Below, one piece after another: positions 1 to 13,003 of a DNA stretch of 64,000 bases. The notes under the pieces were generated by a model that was given only the letters and a program-made list of their open reading frames with translations, ran no database searches and was not told where the DNA came from. Positions within the stretch are counted from its first letter, which is position 1, and each line of letters begins with the position of its first letter. Source of the DNA: Lama glama (taxonomy: Eukaryota); NCBI GenBank assembly GCA_028534125.1, contig CM052816.1:58282001-58346000 (forward strand). The letters run 5' to 3'. The position numbers were made by a program, and so were the translations under genes.

Positions 1-3000
1 GGGCCAAAGCACTGATAAGCATGCACTCATACTTCGCTTTGAGGCTCGGTCTTAACTGGCCTTTCTGAATGCCTCGATGCCTCTGCCAATATGGGAATAC
101 TTTCATCACTTTTTTTAAAATAATGCAAACAGACAATATCAACACATTTGTCTCAATCACAAGTCAACAGAGAAAATTCAAACATTTAACAGAGTAAATA
201 TGACAGCTGTCTCCAGGCTGCAATAATCTTCTTGCTGGAACACAGGCAGACATAACAAACCTCCTCTCATCTCCCTCCCACTACATCCTTCACACCAAGC
301 CCATCGCCCATCATTTCTGGACCCTGATGATCCCCACCAATGAATAAGCAATTAGGCTTGAAGCAAGTTTCCGGACCAAAATGAGCCCACGCTGCCTGTG
401 GCCTGATTTGTGATGAATGATCAGGGATCTTGGAAAATGCTGTGCGTCATCTATTACCCAGGAAATAATTTCTTTGTGTTAACTTTTTAAAAAGTGATTT
501 CTAAGAGGGCTTTTAAAAAAGCCTACAAGACATCACAATACTCCTTCAGTTTTGCAGAATCCTTTGATATGCTCAGATGAAAGAAACAGTCCTTGTGATT
601 AATTTAAGCCTGTGGACAGTCCCCTAAGGTCTGATGGGTATTGGACCAAGCCTGATGGATGCAAGGGAGGCAACATGGAGTATCCTAGCCCTGTTTGCAG
701 CTAGCCCCAAGGATAGTTAGATGAGCCCTGTGTCTCTTGTCACCTTTCTCCCATAAACAGGGCATAAATGAAATTAAACAGGGCCTCTGCTGATGATCTG
801 AACACACAGAAAGGATCTGATTACCTCTGGCCATGGCAAAACTACTAAACTGTCTCAGTTTCTCCACTGGGATTGAGGGTAAATACAACTTGGAGCAGAC
901 GTAGTGTTTGTGTGTACTAATATTATTCTGTGCAGAGTGCAACTTTGCTATACCCCAGCCCCTCCCTCCTGTCCTTAGCCACTTCATTTCAGGAGAATAG
1001 CTAGAACAGTCAGCCCATCAATCCAAGTATCAGTATCTCCAAGAAATGATGTGGACCTCCTTCCTCAAAACCTGGATGCTGCTAAGTTCCTACAGTGATC
1101 AGATTCTATCTGCTTTAGGCCCTAGGTATTGATCTTTTATGGTCTTGTCCATTTTTTCTTGGCCTATTCCATAATCCTTAGGTGGGTAAAGCATATAATA
1201 TTATACAGAAATATAGATAACATGGCCGAGATGGTCTGCCTTACTAAACCATACAAAACTGTACACATCTCAATGAGTCCAACATTGGGACCAAAGACAT
1301 GCCAATTACTTTCTGAGTTGCCTGGGCCAAAGGCTCATTAGTGGAGAAATTGATGGAGTAATGGCAGAGAACATGCCGCCCACTGCTCACAGGTACCAGC
1401 TGCCAAGCGTCAGAATGGGCGGTAGGAGGCAGTGGGAACATCACGTCCCAGTCCTGATTTTGTCCCAGGGTCACTCTAGGACTTTGTTCTCTCTCTGCCT
1501 CACCTCCCTCCTCTGCAGTGTGAGAACACTGGCTGCTGCCCAGGGAGGGCCAGGTTGAGAAGTCCCTAACGAGGGACTTGGCAACAGCTGAGAGCTGGCC
1601 TGTGTAGAACAGCACATCCTTGTTAGCCCACGCCCACCCACCCCACTCCCCCACCTCCCCTCAGCGATATCAGCGACTCTCAGCAGGTGGCTCAGAGAAT
1701 ACAGACACCCACAGACCTGTCAGCTCCCTGAGGCCCCCCGGGTGGTCTTATGCTTATGCTTCTACTTCCTCCAATGATAACTCACATAGGATACCTAATA
1801 AAAGCCAAACATCATCTTCTCATTGCCAGCTCACCACAGTGGTGTTCATTCCATTCAGACTGCGGAGGTTTTACATGGAATCTGTTTTTGATTTGGGGGC
1901 TACAGAGAGGCTCACAGCCAAGGGAAGTGTGTGAAGTGACTGGTCAGTGAAGACTTTTGCCTGCCCAAATGGTGGCCAAAGTACAGCTCTAGGCCAATCT
2001 TGTAACTCACTTCTTTCCACTTGTCATCTTGTATTTTGTCACTTAAAATAAACTGTCCCTCTCTTGAGTGAAATTGGACCTTGGATCACAAATAATACTC
2101 TTGGGGGTAATCTAAGGAACCTGAATCAAGCATTTAGTAATGGACAGCGTTCTCATCACAAGAGCCTCTCCTCTGGCAGCCCACCAGCTCTCTCCTCCCG
2201 GTCCCTGCTCCTTCTCCTTCACAAGCAGCAGTGGCAACAGCTCAGTGCCAGAGACCATAACTGTATGATGAGTTCTTCCCTCAGAATGATTATTAGGAGG
2301 AAGGGTGATGTTGTTTTCACTTTATTCGTGGTCATATGGTCAGAGACCCAGGAATGACAAATTCTGCCCTGCAATCACATCTACTCCCTACAGCAAGATT
2401 CTAGGAAGGTATACACAAGGTGCAATGTCAGAATGAAAAATTTTAAACAAATGTTAATAGCTCTCAAATGCCTGACATTCTAAAAAGAACTCTGTTAAAA
2501 ATACTGAGTACATTCGACTTGAGATCATCACTGGACTTACTTCTTTCCCCTAAACTTGAATTTAGGAACTCACAAGCTCAGATGTGCTATGGAGAAGAAC
2601 AAAGAGATGGATGACCCTCAAAGCCTCCCAGGGTTCAACCATTCAACTCTGGTCTCAATATGAAAGAGAAAGAAGTGACAGTTTACCAATTTTACAGAAT
2701 AAGATGAATGAAAAAGACCAAGAAAGAGGCAGGGAACCCAAGAAAGCATCTTTCAAGGCACAACACCCCCAGCCACCAGTAATTTTCTGGGACTCTGTTC
2801 CATCATCAGATTAGCACATCTTCAGTCCTTGAGGTGGTGGACAGAGGTCAGTGTTCTTGAGAGAGGTGAAGAGGAAGCAGTGCTCCCTCCCTTACAATTG
2901 ACATCATCCTTGTTGTTATCATTAGCCTAGACAAACACCCCCATGTCTATGCAGCCATTCTGGGGAATGACTGCTTATTTACCATGCTCCTCTCATGGAT

Positions 3001-4288
3001 TGTGCATGATGCAAGGCCCTCTGCAATCTGAGAAGAGCTCTCTTTAGTGATTATAGCGAAGACAACACTATTAACTTAGATACTACATTTCAGGATGCAA
3101 CTGAAATTGTAAGGGTATGCTGAAACTGGCTAAAGATGCCCCAAAGACAGACCTAGGGGTTAGGAATAGAGCTCCTCACATAATAGGGCAAGCACTCAGT
3201 TTCAGGTTGTGGGGGAAACTCTAGCTAAGAAATTAATTCTGATACTTATAGAGTGAATAGCTTAAAGTCCAGCCAAAAGTAACAGGGGTGTCCTGCCAAG
3301 CAGACAGGCAAGCAAAGCCCACCAGGGTTGAAAGAAGGTGGTGAAAAGAGAGGAAAGAAGGCAGAAAGAGTGAGAAAATTTTAAGATAAAAATTTGAGGG
3401 TGACTAAGAATCGTTTTTTTTCCAAGTTGTGGATGGGTGGGGAGTTGACCAGGGAAAGACTGTCACAGGAAGATGGAACAGCATATGTGAAAGATGGGAG
3501 CTGGCCAGTTGTACATACCAGAAACTAGGGAAAGTAACAGGCATCTGGGGAGGGAAAAAAAGATAAATTTATTTCTCTCTTCAGTAAGACTCCAAAAGTG
3601 TACATTCCCGAGTTGATATATCAACCCCACAGAGTCTTCACAGACCTGGACTTCTGTCTTACTATTGCACGTATTACCACTGGATCATTGCCTCACAATC
3701 CAAGACAGTTATTCGAGCTCCAGGCTTGGTGTCCACATTGAAGGAGAGTGACATGATCAGATCTCCCATTTAGGACAGATGCTGTACCTGCGATGTGAAG
3801 AATGATTTGGAGGAGATAATGTAATGTTAAGTAGGCTACTGAAGTATTTTAGACAAAAGCGTAGCTCAGGTTGCAATTATCTTTTGCCAGAATCACTTCA
3901 ATAGAGGACAACACTGATGACATATTAAGTGACAACATGGAATATAAAACTAAATACAGAATTAGGACTTTTACTTTCCCCCATTTGGTAGATTAAGTGT
4001 CCTGAGGACCCTCCTAATGGAGAACATCTAGATCCTGGCTTGAACAACTTTTTGATGTTGGTATGAAAAGAAATGTAGAAGGCCCCCAAGGACAGATGGA
4101 TGGACATACACACACACACACACACACACACACCATAAATATGAGATCTCTGTGCAGACCTGGGAGTGGTTAGCAGTGACCACCCAGGAGGAGGGCAGCA
4201 CTGAGGGCTGTTTCCTACAGCAGTGCAGTCATAAGGATTCTGAGCCTTGGGCCAGGACTGAGGTGGGAAAACTGGAAAGTGTTTGAAA

Positions 4289-4830
4289 ATGTATCTGGGA
4301 TTTGTCTTAGTCAGGTGTGGTAAGAAACACAGACATGGAAATGACTGTCAGGAAGGAAGAGCTGTTATACCCACAGACCTCTAGAAACAGGAGACAGAGA
4401 ATGCCACACAGGACCACACAGGGAAGCCCTGTGTTGGTTAGAAGGCAGAGGGAGTGAGGGGAAAACATGGGCAAGAGCTTTTATTGTGGTTTCCATGGGA
4501 AGGAATGGGCGAGGCAGGGCAAGCAGGCTTAGGACTGGCTACTTTGAGTTATTTCAGCAGGCTCTGGGGTGTAGGAGTTGTCTCTGCTTGTCTGGTACCT
4601 GGCTTTGGGGTGACTAGGGCAAGGGGACATTGGTTTCAAGTATGAGAGCTCAATAGAGGAGGTAGTAGGGTGTGTGGGCTCTGGATTGATTAGTTTGCTC
4701 ATCAAACACATGCTCCTACATGAGTCATTTACGATCTCTAGGAATTGGCTGTCCCTGGCAGGGGCAGTCTCTCCAGGGTCAGCAAATCCCCAAGACATTA
4801 AAGCATTAGGAAATAAAAAATAACAAACAT
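4289..4830. mobile_element. ERV(L)-type LTR fragment
   Basis: GCAAGAGCTTTTATTGTGGTTTCCATGGGAAGGAATGGG...TTAGGACTGGCTACTTTG, typical old LTR text. Family uncertain. Confidence 0.55.
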
Positions 4831-7286
4831 GATCAATACACTAACATACATCTAATATGAAATGAGAAGGAAAAAAAAAAGAATACCAAAGATGGAAATG
4901 AGACAGAGCTTGAAAAGATAATGACTGGAAAATTTCCAGAACTGATGATAATCATGAATCCACAAATCTAGACAAAGCGTATCCCAAAAAGGAAAAAAAA
5001 AAAAGAGAGAAAGAAAGAAATCCACACCTAGATACAATGCAGTGAAACAGAACCTGAAAGACAGGAGAAGATTTGAAAAGTAGCAAGAGAGAACTGATAG
5101 ATACATTCAAAGTGACAGCAGTTTGAGAGTAAATCTCCCAATGGCAACAATGAGTAGTTAGAAGAGAAAGAAAAATAACTAATAATTAGAGCTGTATTCC
5201 CAACAAAATTATCATTCAAAAATGAGAATGGGGTCCTGATTCCAGACAAGATGGAATAAACACATTTGACTCTGTCTGTCATGAAATGCAACTATCAACC
5301 ATGGACAGGATACATGGAGCAGCTACCTACCTGAGGAATCTAAAAAGTAAGTGATAGACAGCATGAAGATTGCGGAAGGGGGCCAAAATTATAAGAACTG
5401 GCAGTGAGTTTCCCACTTTTTTTCCTTTCCAGTTTTAACCAGCCTGGACCCAAACACTGGGTGAAAAGAAAGAATGCCAAGAGAAGCCCTCTTTTTCTGG
5501 TCTGAAGAGGAATTCTAAGAGTCATAGAGAGAGTAAGGGGAAAATCTATGTTCTTTTTTTCCTAGGAAATTTCTTCCAACTGAGCCCTCAGGGGTGGCAC
5601 AGCAGCAGCAAAATGATGGCATCAGTGGCCAGACAGGCACTTACAGTTTCCAGGAAGAAGAATCCTTCTCTCTGACCAGAAGAACATGGAGTAAATTCCT
5701 CTGTGTTTTTTTCTTTCTTTTTTTCTTTTTCTTTTTTTTTCTTTCTCTCTCTCCTCTTATTCCTTGGACTTACATGGAGGTGTAGGAAAGGGAAAGACAC
5801 AGAAAAGAGGGGAAACTAAGAACCCAGATTCTGTTTAGAAGACTCAGAATGGGTACTCCAATCAACTGGAATGTGTTAGATCATGGAGAAGAAAGAGCTC
5901 GAGAGAGATTCCACCAAGTTGTGTATAAAACCCTAGACACAACTAAACTTAAGGCAAGTAGGAATAATATCAAATGGTTAAATACTGATGCCTTTGTGAT
6001 CAACACTAGATTCTAAGTACTTTGCAGGGGTCAACTCACTTTCACAACAAACCCTAGGAAGTAGATTTTGTTATTAACTCTACTTTATAAATTAGAAAAT
6101 GGAGTTACAGAGAGGTTGGTGAGGCCACACAGCTCGTAAGTGGTAGAGTCTAGATTAAACCTAGAGAGCTTAGTCTCAGAGCCCTCTTCCTTAACCACTG
6201 TGCGGTAGCCCCTCTAAGGCAGAATGAGTGATTTTGAAAAGAGGGTTGCTTTTATTAAAACAGAAATCCTACAGATTAAATTTAAGTAGTTAGGTTAGCA
6301 AAGAGGACATCCACAGGCATAGGACTGAAAAAAATAAAATAAAATAAAACTCTAGACTCAACTCAAAGCTGTACATGCACAGATCTGACTCTAAAGAATA
6401 TATGAAAAGTTTTGAGAATGCTACCAGAAGGTAGACTGCTGTCAGGGTCCTGGACTGGCTGGGGCACATGAAGGACAGATCCAAGCAAAATTCCATAAGC
6501 TTTGCAAACTGACTAACATTGGAAACAGAGTCCACAGAAAATACGTCAAAATCTGAGGCCCAAACCTAACCAGGTCAACTGTCTGCTTTAAAACAAATCA
6601 ATATTCTTCTTAGGATTTAAATAAGACCCAAAATCTCATAATGGAAAAATTTTACCACAAACAAATCACCACTTTAAAAAATTCTAAAGAATAAACCTCA
6701 GCAAGAATGAAAATTTCCATCAAAATGGACTAGGATGCAAGAAGGAAAGATGAAAAAATAAAATGACAAAATATTTGTAAATCTTTTTTTAATTGTATTA
6801 TGTAGTGGAAGTATTCTGATGGAAACATATAGCTATGACATCTCCATGCATATGTCATGTTTCTGCACAGTCTGGGTCCTCTGAGAGGAGACATTTATGG
6901 CTAGTACTTATATAAGTGAGACATTCCAGAATAGTGAAGCTCAGAGACATCTCTCCCCAGAGGCAACCCAGAGTAATAAAGATAAAGACGACTTCTTCCC
7001 TGCCTGCAGGATATTTGCTTACATTCCAAGATAAGAGTAATTTCTTTCTGAAGAGGGGGAGATCCCAGCAGCTCTTTATAGGGTCAGAGTTTCTTAATCC
7101 AGAGTTCTTCTGAAATGCTCTCCATTGAATATACATGCATGTACCATCAGATTCTCATCATTTCACCTGCTTAGAGATTTGTACTTAAGGAATCAGAACT
7201 GTGAAGTTACCCTGGATGCTGCTTTTGCCCCTGAATAGTAAATGATGCTTGTCTCTAACCCAGGGGTCTTAAGTCTCCCGTAGGGG

Positions 7287-7294
7287 GTGTGTGT

Positions 7295-7331
<37 letters not shown>
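7287..7331. repeat. (TG)n microsatellite
   Basis: TG run with one interruption. Others at 4107-4133 (CA), 21310-21339 (GTGTGTGTGG x3, CARTPT intron 2) and 37672-37751 (CT/CA). Confidence 0.9.
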
Positions 7332-7332
<1 letters not shown>

Positions 7333-7335
7333 TAT

Positions 7336-8172
7336 TGTGATTTATAATAAGAAATATACATTTGGTCTCCTCACTGTTTCCAAAACCCTTGGAAATTCCT
7401 AAGCAAGAAAAGCAATGGAAGCATATTTAGTTATAATATTTGGTCTTTTGTCCTCAGTTCCTGAAATCACTTTAGAACCATAAAGGTGAAATGGGTGTCT
7501 TGTTATTCATAACAAGCCAAGTTTATATTAATGAGGTGACTTACAGCCCCCCTCTAAAGATGGGGCAGGTTAGGGAGCTGGTTGCAGGGGAACCAACCAT
7601 GAACAGAGGGTTGGAACTTTTAGCCCCACCCTTTAACCTCCAGGAATGTTGAGTTTGATCACCAATGGCCAACAATATAATCAATCACACCTGTATAATG
7701 AAGCCTCCATAAAAACCTGGAAGGACAGGTTTCAGAGAGCTTCCAGGTTGGGGAATCAGAATGCTTCCATGTGCCACTGTGCTGGGCCCCAAACTCCATG
7801 GGGACAGAAACTCCTTTGTTTAGCATCTCACCCTTTGTATCTGCATGATGAACCAGGAACCTATGAGTAAACTGGCTTCCTGAGTTCTGTGAGCCACTCT
7901 AGCAAGTTAATCAAACACAAAAAAGGGATCATGGGAACCTCTGATTTATAGCCAGTAAGCCAGAAGCCCAAGTAACAACTTGGCTTGCAATTGGCATCTG
8001 AGGTATGGGCAGTCTTGTGGGACTAAGGCCTTAACCTGTGGAATCTGACGCCACGTCCAGGTAGATGCTGTCAGAGTTGAGTTGAATTGGAGGACACCCA
8101 GCTGGTGTTGGGAGAATTGTTTGGTGGTGTAACAAAATCGCAGACACATTCAAACTGAGAGCAGAATCACAG
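7336..8172. mobile_element. ERV LTR, MER21-like; preceded by another LTR-like segment (about 6857-7280)
   Basis: TGTGATTTATAATAAGAAATATAC...CCCTTGGAAATTCC...GAGTTCTGTGAGCCACTCTAGC...GAGTTGAATTGGAGGACACCCAGCTGGTGT resembles MER21-type LTRs from recall. Confidence 0.65.
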
Positions 8173-8679
8173 TGTATCACATTCTTCACCACTTCTGATT
8201 TAACAACTGTCTTTAGTGTTTACATTAGAAAATAAAAAGACTAAAAATTTATGAGCTAATAAGCATTCAACACAAGAAGTTAGAAAAGAACAGCAAAATG
8301 AATCCAAGCAGAAGGAAGGAAATATTTCATTTAATTTGAGGTGCTATTCATTGTATGCATTGTTATATTATATTTTTATTCTTAGATACAGTTTTTCCAC
8401 ATATCATTCAATTATTTTTCAACTCCAGGTTATCAGTGTCTGTAATTTTCCTGCATAATATTGTTTTCTGTGCTACCAAGAACATAAGTGATGTAGCATT
8501 TCTTAGGAGAGTATGCCACTATTGTCTCGGGGGTTTTGTTCCTTTCTGTAAGTTTTGGTGTATATGCAGAGAAATGACAAGTATGTCACAATTGCTACCT
8601 GGCAACAACAAATAAAAGCCATATCTACATTTCAGATATGTTATAATTTTTAAAAACTATATATCTTAGAATAAATAAA

Positions 8680-10157
8680 ATATGGAAATAAAGATAAGAT
8701 GAGAAATTAGTGAAAATTTTTAAATGGTACAATAGAAAGCATAAGCAAAGCCAAAATTAGCTCTTTGAAAAGACTCATAACAAACCTCTGGAGAAATGAA
8801 TTTAAAATAAAGTTAAGGCTCAATGTTAGTAATGAAAAGGTAAATAAACATAACTGCATATACAGCAGAGTGAAAAAGATAATACTATGAATAACTTTTT
8901 AACAATATATTTGAAATTTTAGATGAAATAAACAACTCATAAAAAGAAAACTTTGAACATTGAATCAACAGGAAATGTAAACCCTGAGTATTTCCACAAA
9001 TACTAAAGCTTTTAAATCAGTAATTAAAATTTATCCCACAAAGAAATCACCAAATTCAGATAATTTATTAAAAAATCCTATCAAATTTCCAAGAAACATT
9101 ACTGTAATATTTTACAAACTCTTCCAGATACTAAAAAAAGAAAGAATACTCCTCAATTTAAGTTGGCTGGTATAATCCTCATATCAAAACTAGACAAGAA
9201 TAGTACAAGAAAGGAAATTTTTAAGCCAATTACTCTCATGAACATAAGTGCAAAAATGCCAATCAAAATGTTAGCAAATGGGATCTAGAATTTAAAAAGA
9301 GATAATACATCAAACCTAAGCTGTACATAGCCCAGAAGGCAAGAATGTATTAATCATGTTAACAGATTAAATTCAAAAAAAATGTAGGTTCAAGGAAAAA
9401 ATTCGTCAAAATTCTACATGTATTGATAGTCTTTAAAAAAAAAAATCCCAACAAACTAGGAATAAAAGAGAACCTTTGAACCTGCTAAAAGATACCTTCA
9501 TAAAATCTATCACAAGCATCATTTCTAAATTTATTTATTTATTTATTTATTTTGTGGGGGAGGTAATTAGGTTTATTTATTTATGTTTTTTAATGGAGGT
9601 ACTGGGGATTGAACCCAGGACCTCGTGCATGTTAAGCATGCACTCTGCCACTGAGCTATACCCTCCCCCAGCATCATTTTTAATAGGGAAATATAAGAGG
9701 CATTACCGTATTGAAAGGTACAAGACAAGAATGCGCATTATTATCATTTTAATTCAGCATTGTGCAGGTTTTAACCAGCACAGTTAGATAATAAAAACAA
9801 ATTAAAGGCAAAATACTGAAAAGAAAAAAAGAAAACCATTATTACTTAGAGTAAAATAATTATATCTACATAGAAAACTCAAAGACTCTACAGAAAATAT
9901 TAGATATAGTAAAATAATTTAGCAAGGAGGCTGGTTAAAAGATCAACCTACAAAAATTAAATACATTTATATACACCAGAAATCAATAACAAAACATAAC
10001 ATTTAAAAAGATACTACCAGCAGCTCATACAACTTAATAAGAAACAACCAAACAACCCAATACAAAAATGGGCAAAAGACCTAAACTAGCAATTCTCCTA
10101 GGAAGACATACAAATGATCAATAGGCACATGAAAAAATGCTCAATATCACTAATTAT
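8680..10157 (+). mobile_element. Decayed LINE-1 ORF2 region, with a younger L1 fragment from about 10020 running into the gap
   Basis: A-rich L1 ORF2-like text, then CAGCTCATACAACTTAATAAGAAACAACC...ATGAAAAAATGCTCAATATCAC, nearly identical to the reverse complement of the L1 at about 58070-58200. Confidence 0.8.
9529..9669 (-). mobile_element. tRNA-derived SINE, Vic-1-like (camelid)
   Basis: Minus strand GGGGAGGGTATAGCTCAGTGG...GGGTTCAATCCCCAG (Pol III A and B boxes), an AAACCTAATTACCTCCCC tail and an A-rich end. TSD AGCATCATTT(C/T)TAA at 9515-9528 and 9670-9683. Confidence 0.9.
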
Positions 10158-10657
10158 NNNNNNNNNNNNNNNNNNNNNNNNNNNNNNNNNNNNNNNNNNN
10201 NNNNNNNNNNNNNNNNNNNNNNNNNNNNNNNNNNNNNNNNNNNNNNNNNNNNNNNNNNNNNNNNNNNNNNNNNNNNNNNNNNNNNNNNNNNNNNNNNNNN
10301 NNNNNNNNNNNNNNNNNNNNNNNNNNNNNNNNNNNNNNNNNNNNNNNNNNNNNNNNNNNNNNNNNNNNNNNNNNNNNNNNNNNNNNNNNNNNNNNNNNNN
10401 NNNNNNNNNNNNNNNNNNNNNNNNNNNNNNNNNNNNNNNNNNNNNNNNNNNNNNNNNNNNNNNNNNNNNNNNNNNNNNNNNNNNNNNNNNNNNNNNNNNN
10501 NNNNNNNNNNNNNNNNNNNNNNNNNNNNNNNNNNNNNNNNNNNNNNNNNNNNNNNNNNNNNNNNNNNNNNNNNNNNNNNNNNNNNNNNNNNNNNNNNNNN
10601 NNNNNNNNNNNNNNNNNNNNNNNNNNNNNNNNNNNNNNNNNNNNNNNNNNNNNNNNN
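10158..10657. other. Assembly gap (500 N)
   Basis: Exactly 500 N. Confidence 1.
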
Positions 10658-11118
10658 TGGAATGTTGTGGGGAGGAGGTTGTGGGTCTTCTACAGAAACC
10701 GCAGAGATTAGGGGCCAGAGGGTAAAAGTAAGAACTGCATTAGGAAATCAATGCCAAAGTGTAGCTGGAGAGTGTTTCTGACTTGGTTATCAGAGCCAAA
10801 GGGTTGGAAACAAATGTCAGGAGCTGAGATACACAGACAAAAGGAATCACAGACAACTTGCAAAAATTAGAAGAGCATAATTTAGAAAAGAAGAGAAGAT
10901 CTGGACAAACTCCCGGGGAAGAGGGATTCATAGCCATACCAGGACTCTTTCTTCCTCCCTAGGTCCACCTACATGGGTCCCACTTAAACAGAGCCTTCTT
11001 GTTACATAAAATCATAAGCTCCTTGAGGGTAGCAATTTGATTGTTTTCTTCTCTGCTCTATCCCTGGAGCCTAGCACAGTGTCTGACAGAGACTAGGTGC
11101 TTTAAAATGTTTATTGAA

Positions 11119-11367
11119 ACAGACTCACAGATATAGAGAACAAACTAGTGGTTACCAGTGGGGAGAGGGAGGGGCAAGATAGGGGTAGAGGATTAAGAGA
11201 TAAAAACTACTACCTATAAAGTAAATGAGCAACAAGGATACATTGTACAGCTCAGGAAAATATAACTAATATTTTGTAATAACTTTAAATGGAGTATAAT
11301 CTATAAAATATTGAATCACTATGCTGTATAACTGAAACTAATATTATAAATCAACTATACTATAATA
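11119..11367 (+). mobile_element. 5'-truncated LINE-1 3' end inserted in an L2 tail
   Basis: ACAGACTCACAGATATAGAGAACAAACTAGTGGTTACC...AATAAAA. Perfect TSD AAAATGTTTATTGAA at 11104-11118 and 11368-11382. Confidence 0.85.
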
Positions 11368-12180
11368 AAAATGTTTATTGAATAATGAATAAAGGGATGA
11401 ATGGATGGATACAGCTATCTTACTATGCTGGATACTGGCTAAAGGAAAGAAATACTGATAAGCATTTTTTCAACAATATCACATTAACTGTTAGTTTGAG
11501 TAACAAAGAATCTACTGAAGAATTCATTGGAGAGCAGGAAGAGAAGTTTCCAATACACACCATCATACAGCAAGTAACAGGGTAAATGCTCATGAGGTAT
11601 TTATGTTCTTCCCCTAAATTCCTTTTCCAAATGTCTTCTTCAAGCCTTCCCCAACGCAGCACACAAGCATGTGCTCACTCACTCTCTTTCTCTCTCTCTC
11701 CCCTTTACTAAGTACAAAATAAAAACAAAAAGTTCTTTCCATATTGCAAGCATTTAAAAAAAAAACACTCCTCTAATTATGGTGTGATTTGAAGCATGAG
11801 AGGTGCCACTCCCACACGCATCTCAGAGCCTTTGGCATTCTTTTCCCTTTGTGGGTGTGTGCTGAGCCTTTGAGATCTCCAGTCAGAGACAGGCTATAGC
11901 GAAATATGAAGTAAAGAAAGCTGGTCCCAGTGCCTTCCTACAGGGCACTGATACTTCAGCCTTTCTTTTTCTTTAGTCACCAAAAAGGAGGCTGTGGAAA
12001 ACCCACCCTAACATAAGCATGAGTAAATGAGTGGTCTGGGAGTATTTGCTTTCAGGAGTATTTGCTTTTTACAAACATCAGAACAACAAGAAAAGGGAGT
12101 TGGGGGAAATTGCCTTTGTGGGGACTGATCTAGTGAACAGAAGATTAGTTACTAAATAAAACCAAATCTATGAATTAGAG

Positions 12181-12395
12181 CAGTCATTATGGAAAACAGT
12201 ATGGAGATTCCTTTAAAAATTGATAATAGACTAACCCTATGATCCAGCAATCCAACTCCTGGGCATGAATCTGGAGGAAACCCTAATTTGAAAAAATACT
12301 TGCACCCCAATGTTCATAGCAGCACTATCTGCAATAGCCAAGACATGGAAGCAACCTAAGTTCCCAACAACAGATGACTGGATAAAGAAATCTTG

Positions 12396-12453
<58 letters not shown>

Positions 12454-12465
12454 GCACACACACAC

Positions 12466-12496
<31 letters not shown>

Positions 12497-13003
12497 ATGG
12501 AATACTACTCAGCCATAAAAATGAATAAAATAGTGCCATTAACAGCAACATAGTTGGACCTGGAGATTGTCATACTAAGTGAAGTAAGCCAGAAAAAGAA
12601 AGAAAAATACCATATGATTTTATTTATATGTGGAATCTAAAAAGTGACACAAGTGAACTTATTTATAAAACAGGAACAGATTCACAGACATAGAAAACAA
12701 ACTTACAATTACCAGGGAGGGAAAGGGGAGGGTGGAAGTATAAACTGGGAGTTTGGGATTTGCAGATACTAACTACTATATATAAAACAGATAAACAAAA
12801 GATCCTACTCTTTAGCACATACAGGGAATTATATTCAATATCTTGTATTAGCCTATAGTGAAAAAGAATATGAAAAGGACTATATATATATATACATATA
12901 TATATATACACACATTATATATATGTATATACATAACTGAATCACAATGCTATACATCAGAAATGAACATAACACTGTAAACCAACTACAATTCAATTTT
13001 TAA
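12181..13003 (+). mobile_element. 5'-truncated LINE-1 (ORF2 end plus 3' UTR) containing a (TA)n(CA)n microsatellite
   Basis: Encodes MFIAALSAIAKTWKQPK, the L1 ORF2 C-terminus. Perfect 17-bp TSD AAATCTATGAATTAGAG at 12164-12180 and 13004-13020. Confidence 0.92.

Noticed and set aside
9600..9669. tRNA-like sequence with A and B boxes
   Set aside because: It is the head of a SINE with tail and TSD, repeated four times with divergence, not a tRNA gene.
10114..10781. Long ORFs of about 200 aa here and at 49729-50340
   Set aside because: Artefacts of translating through N gaps.
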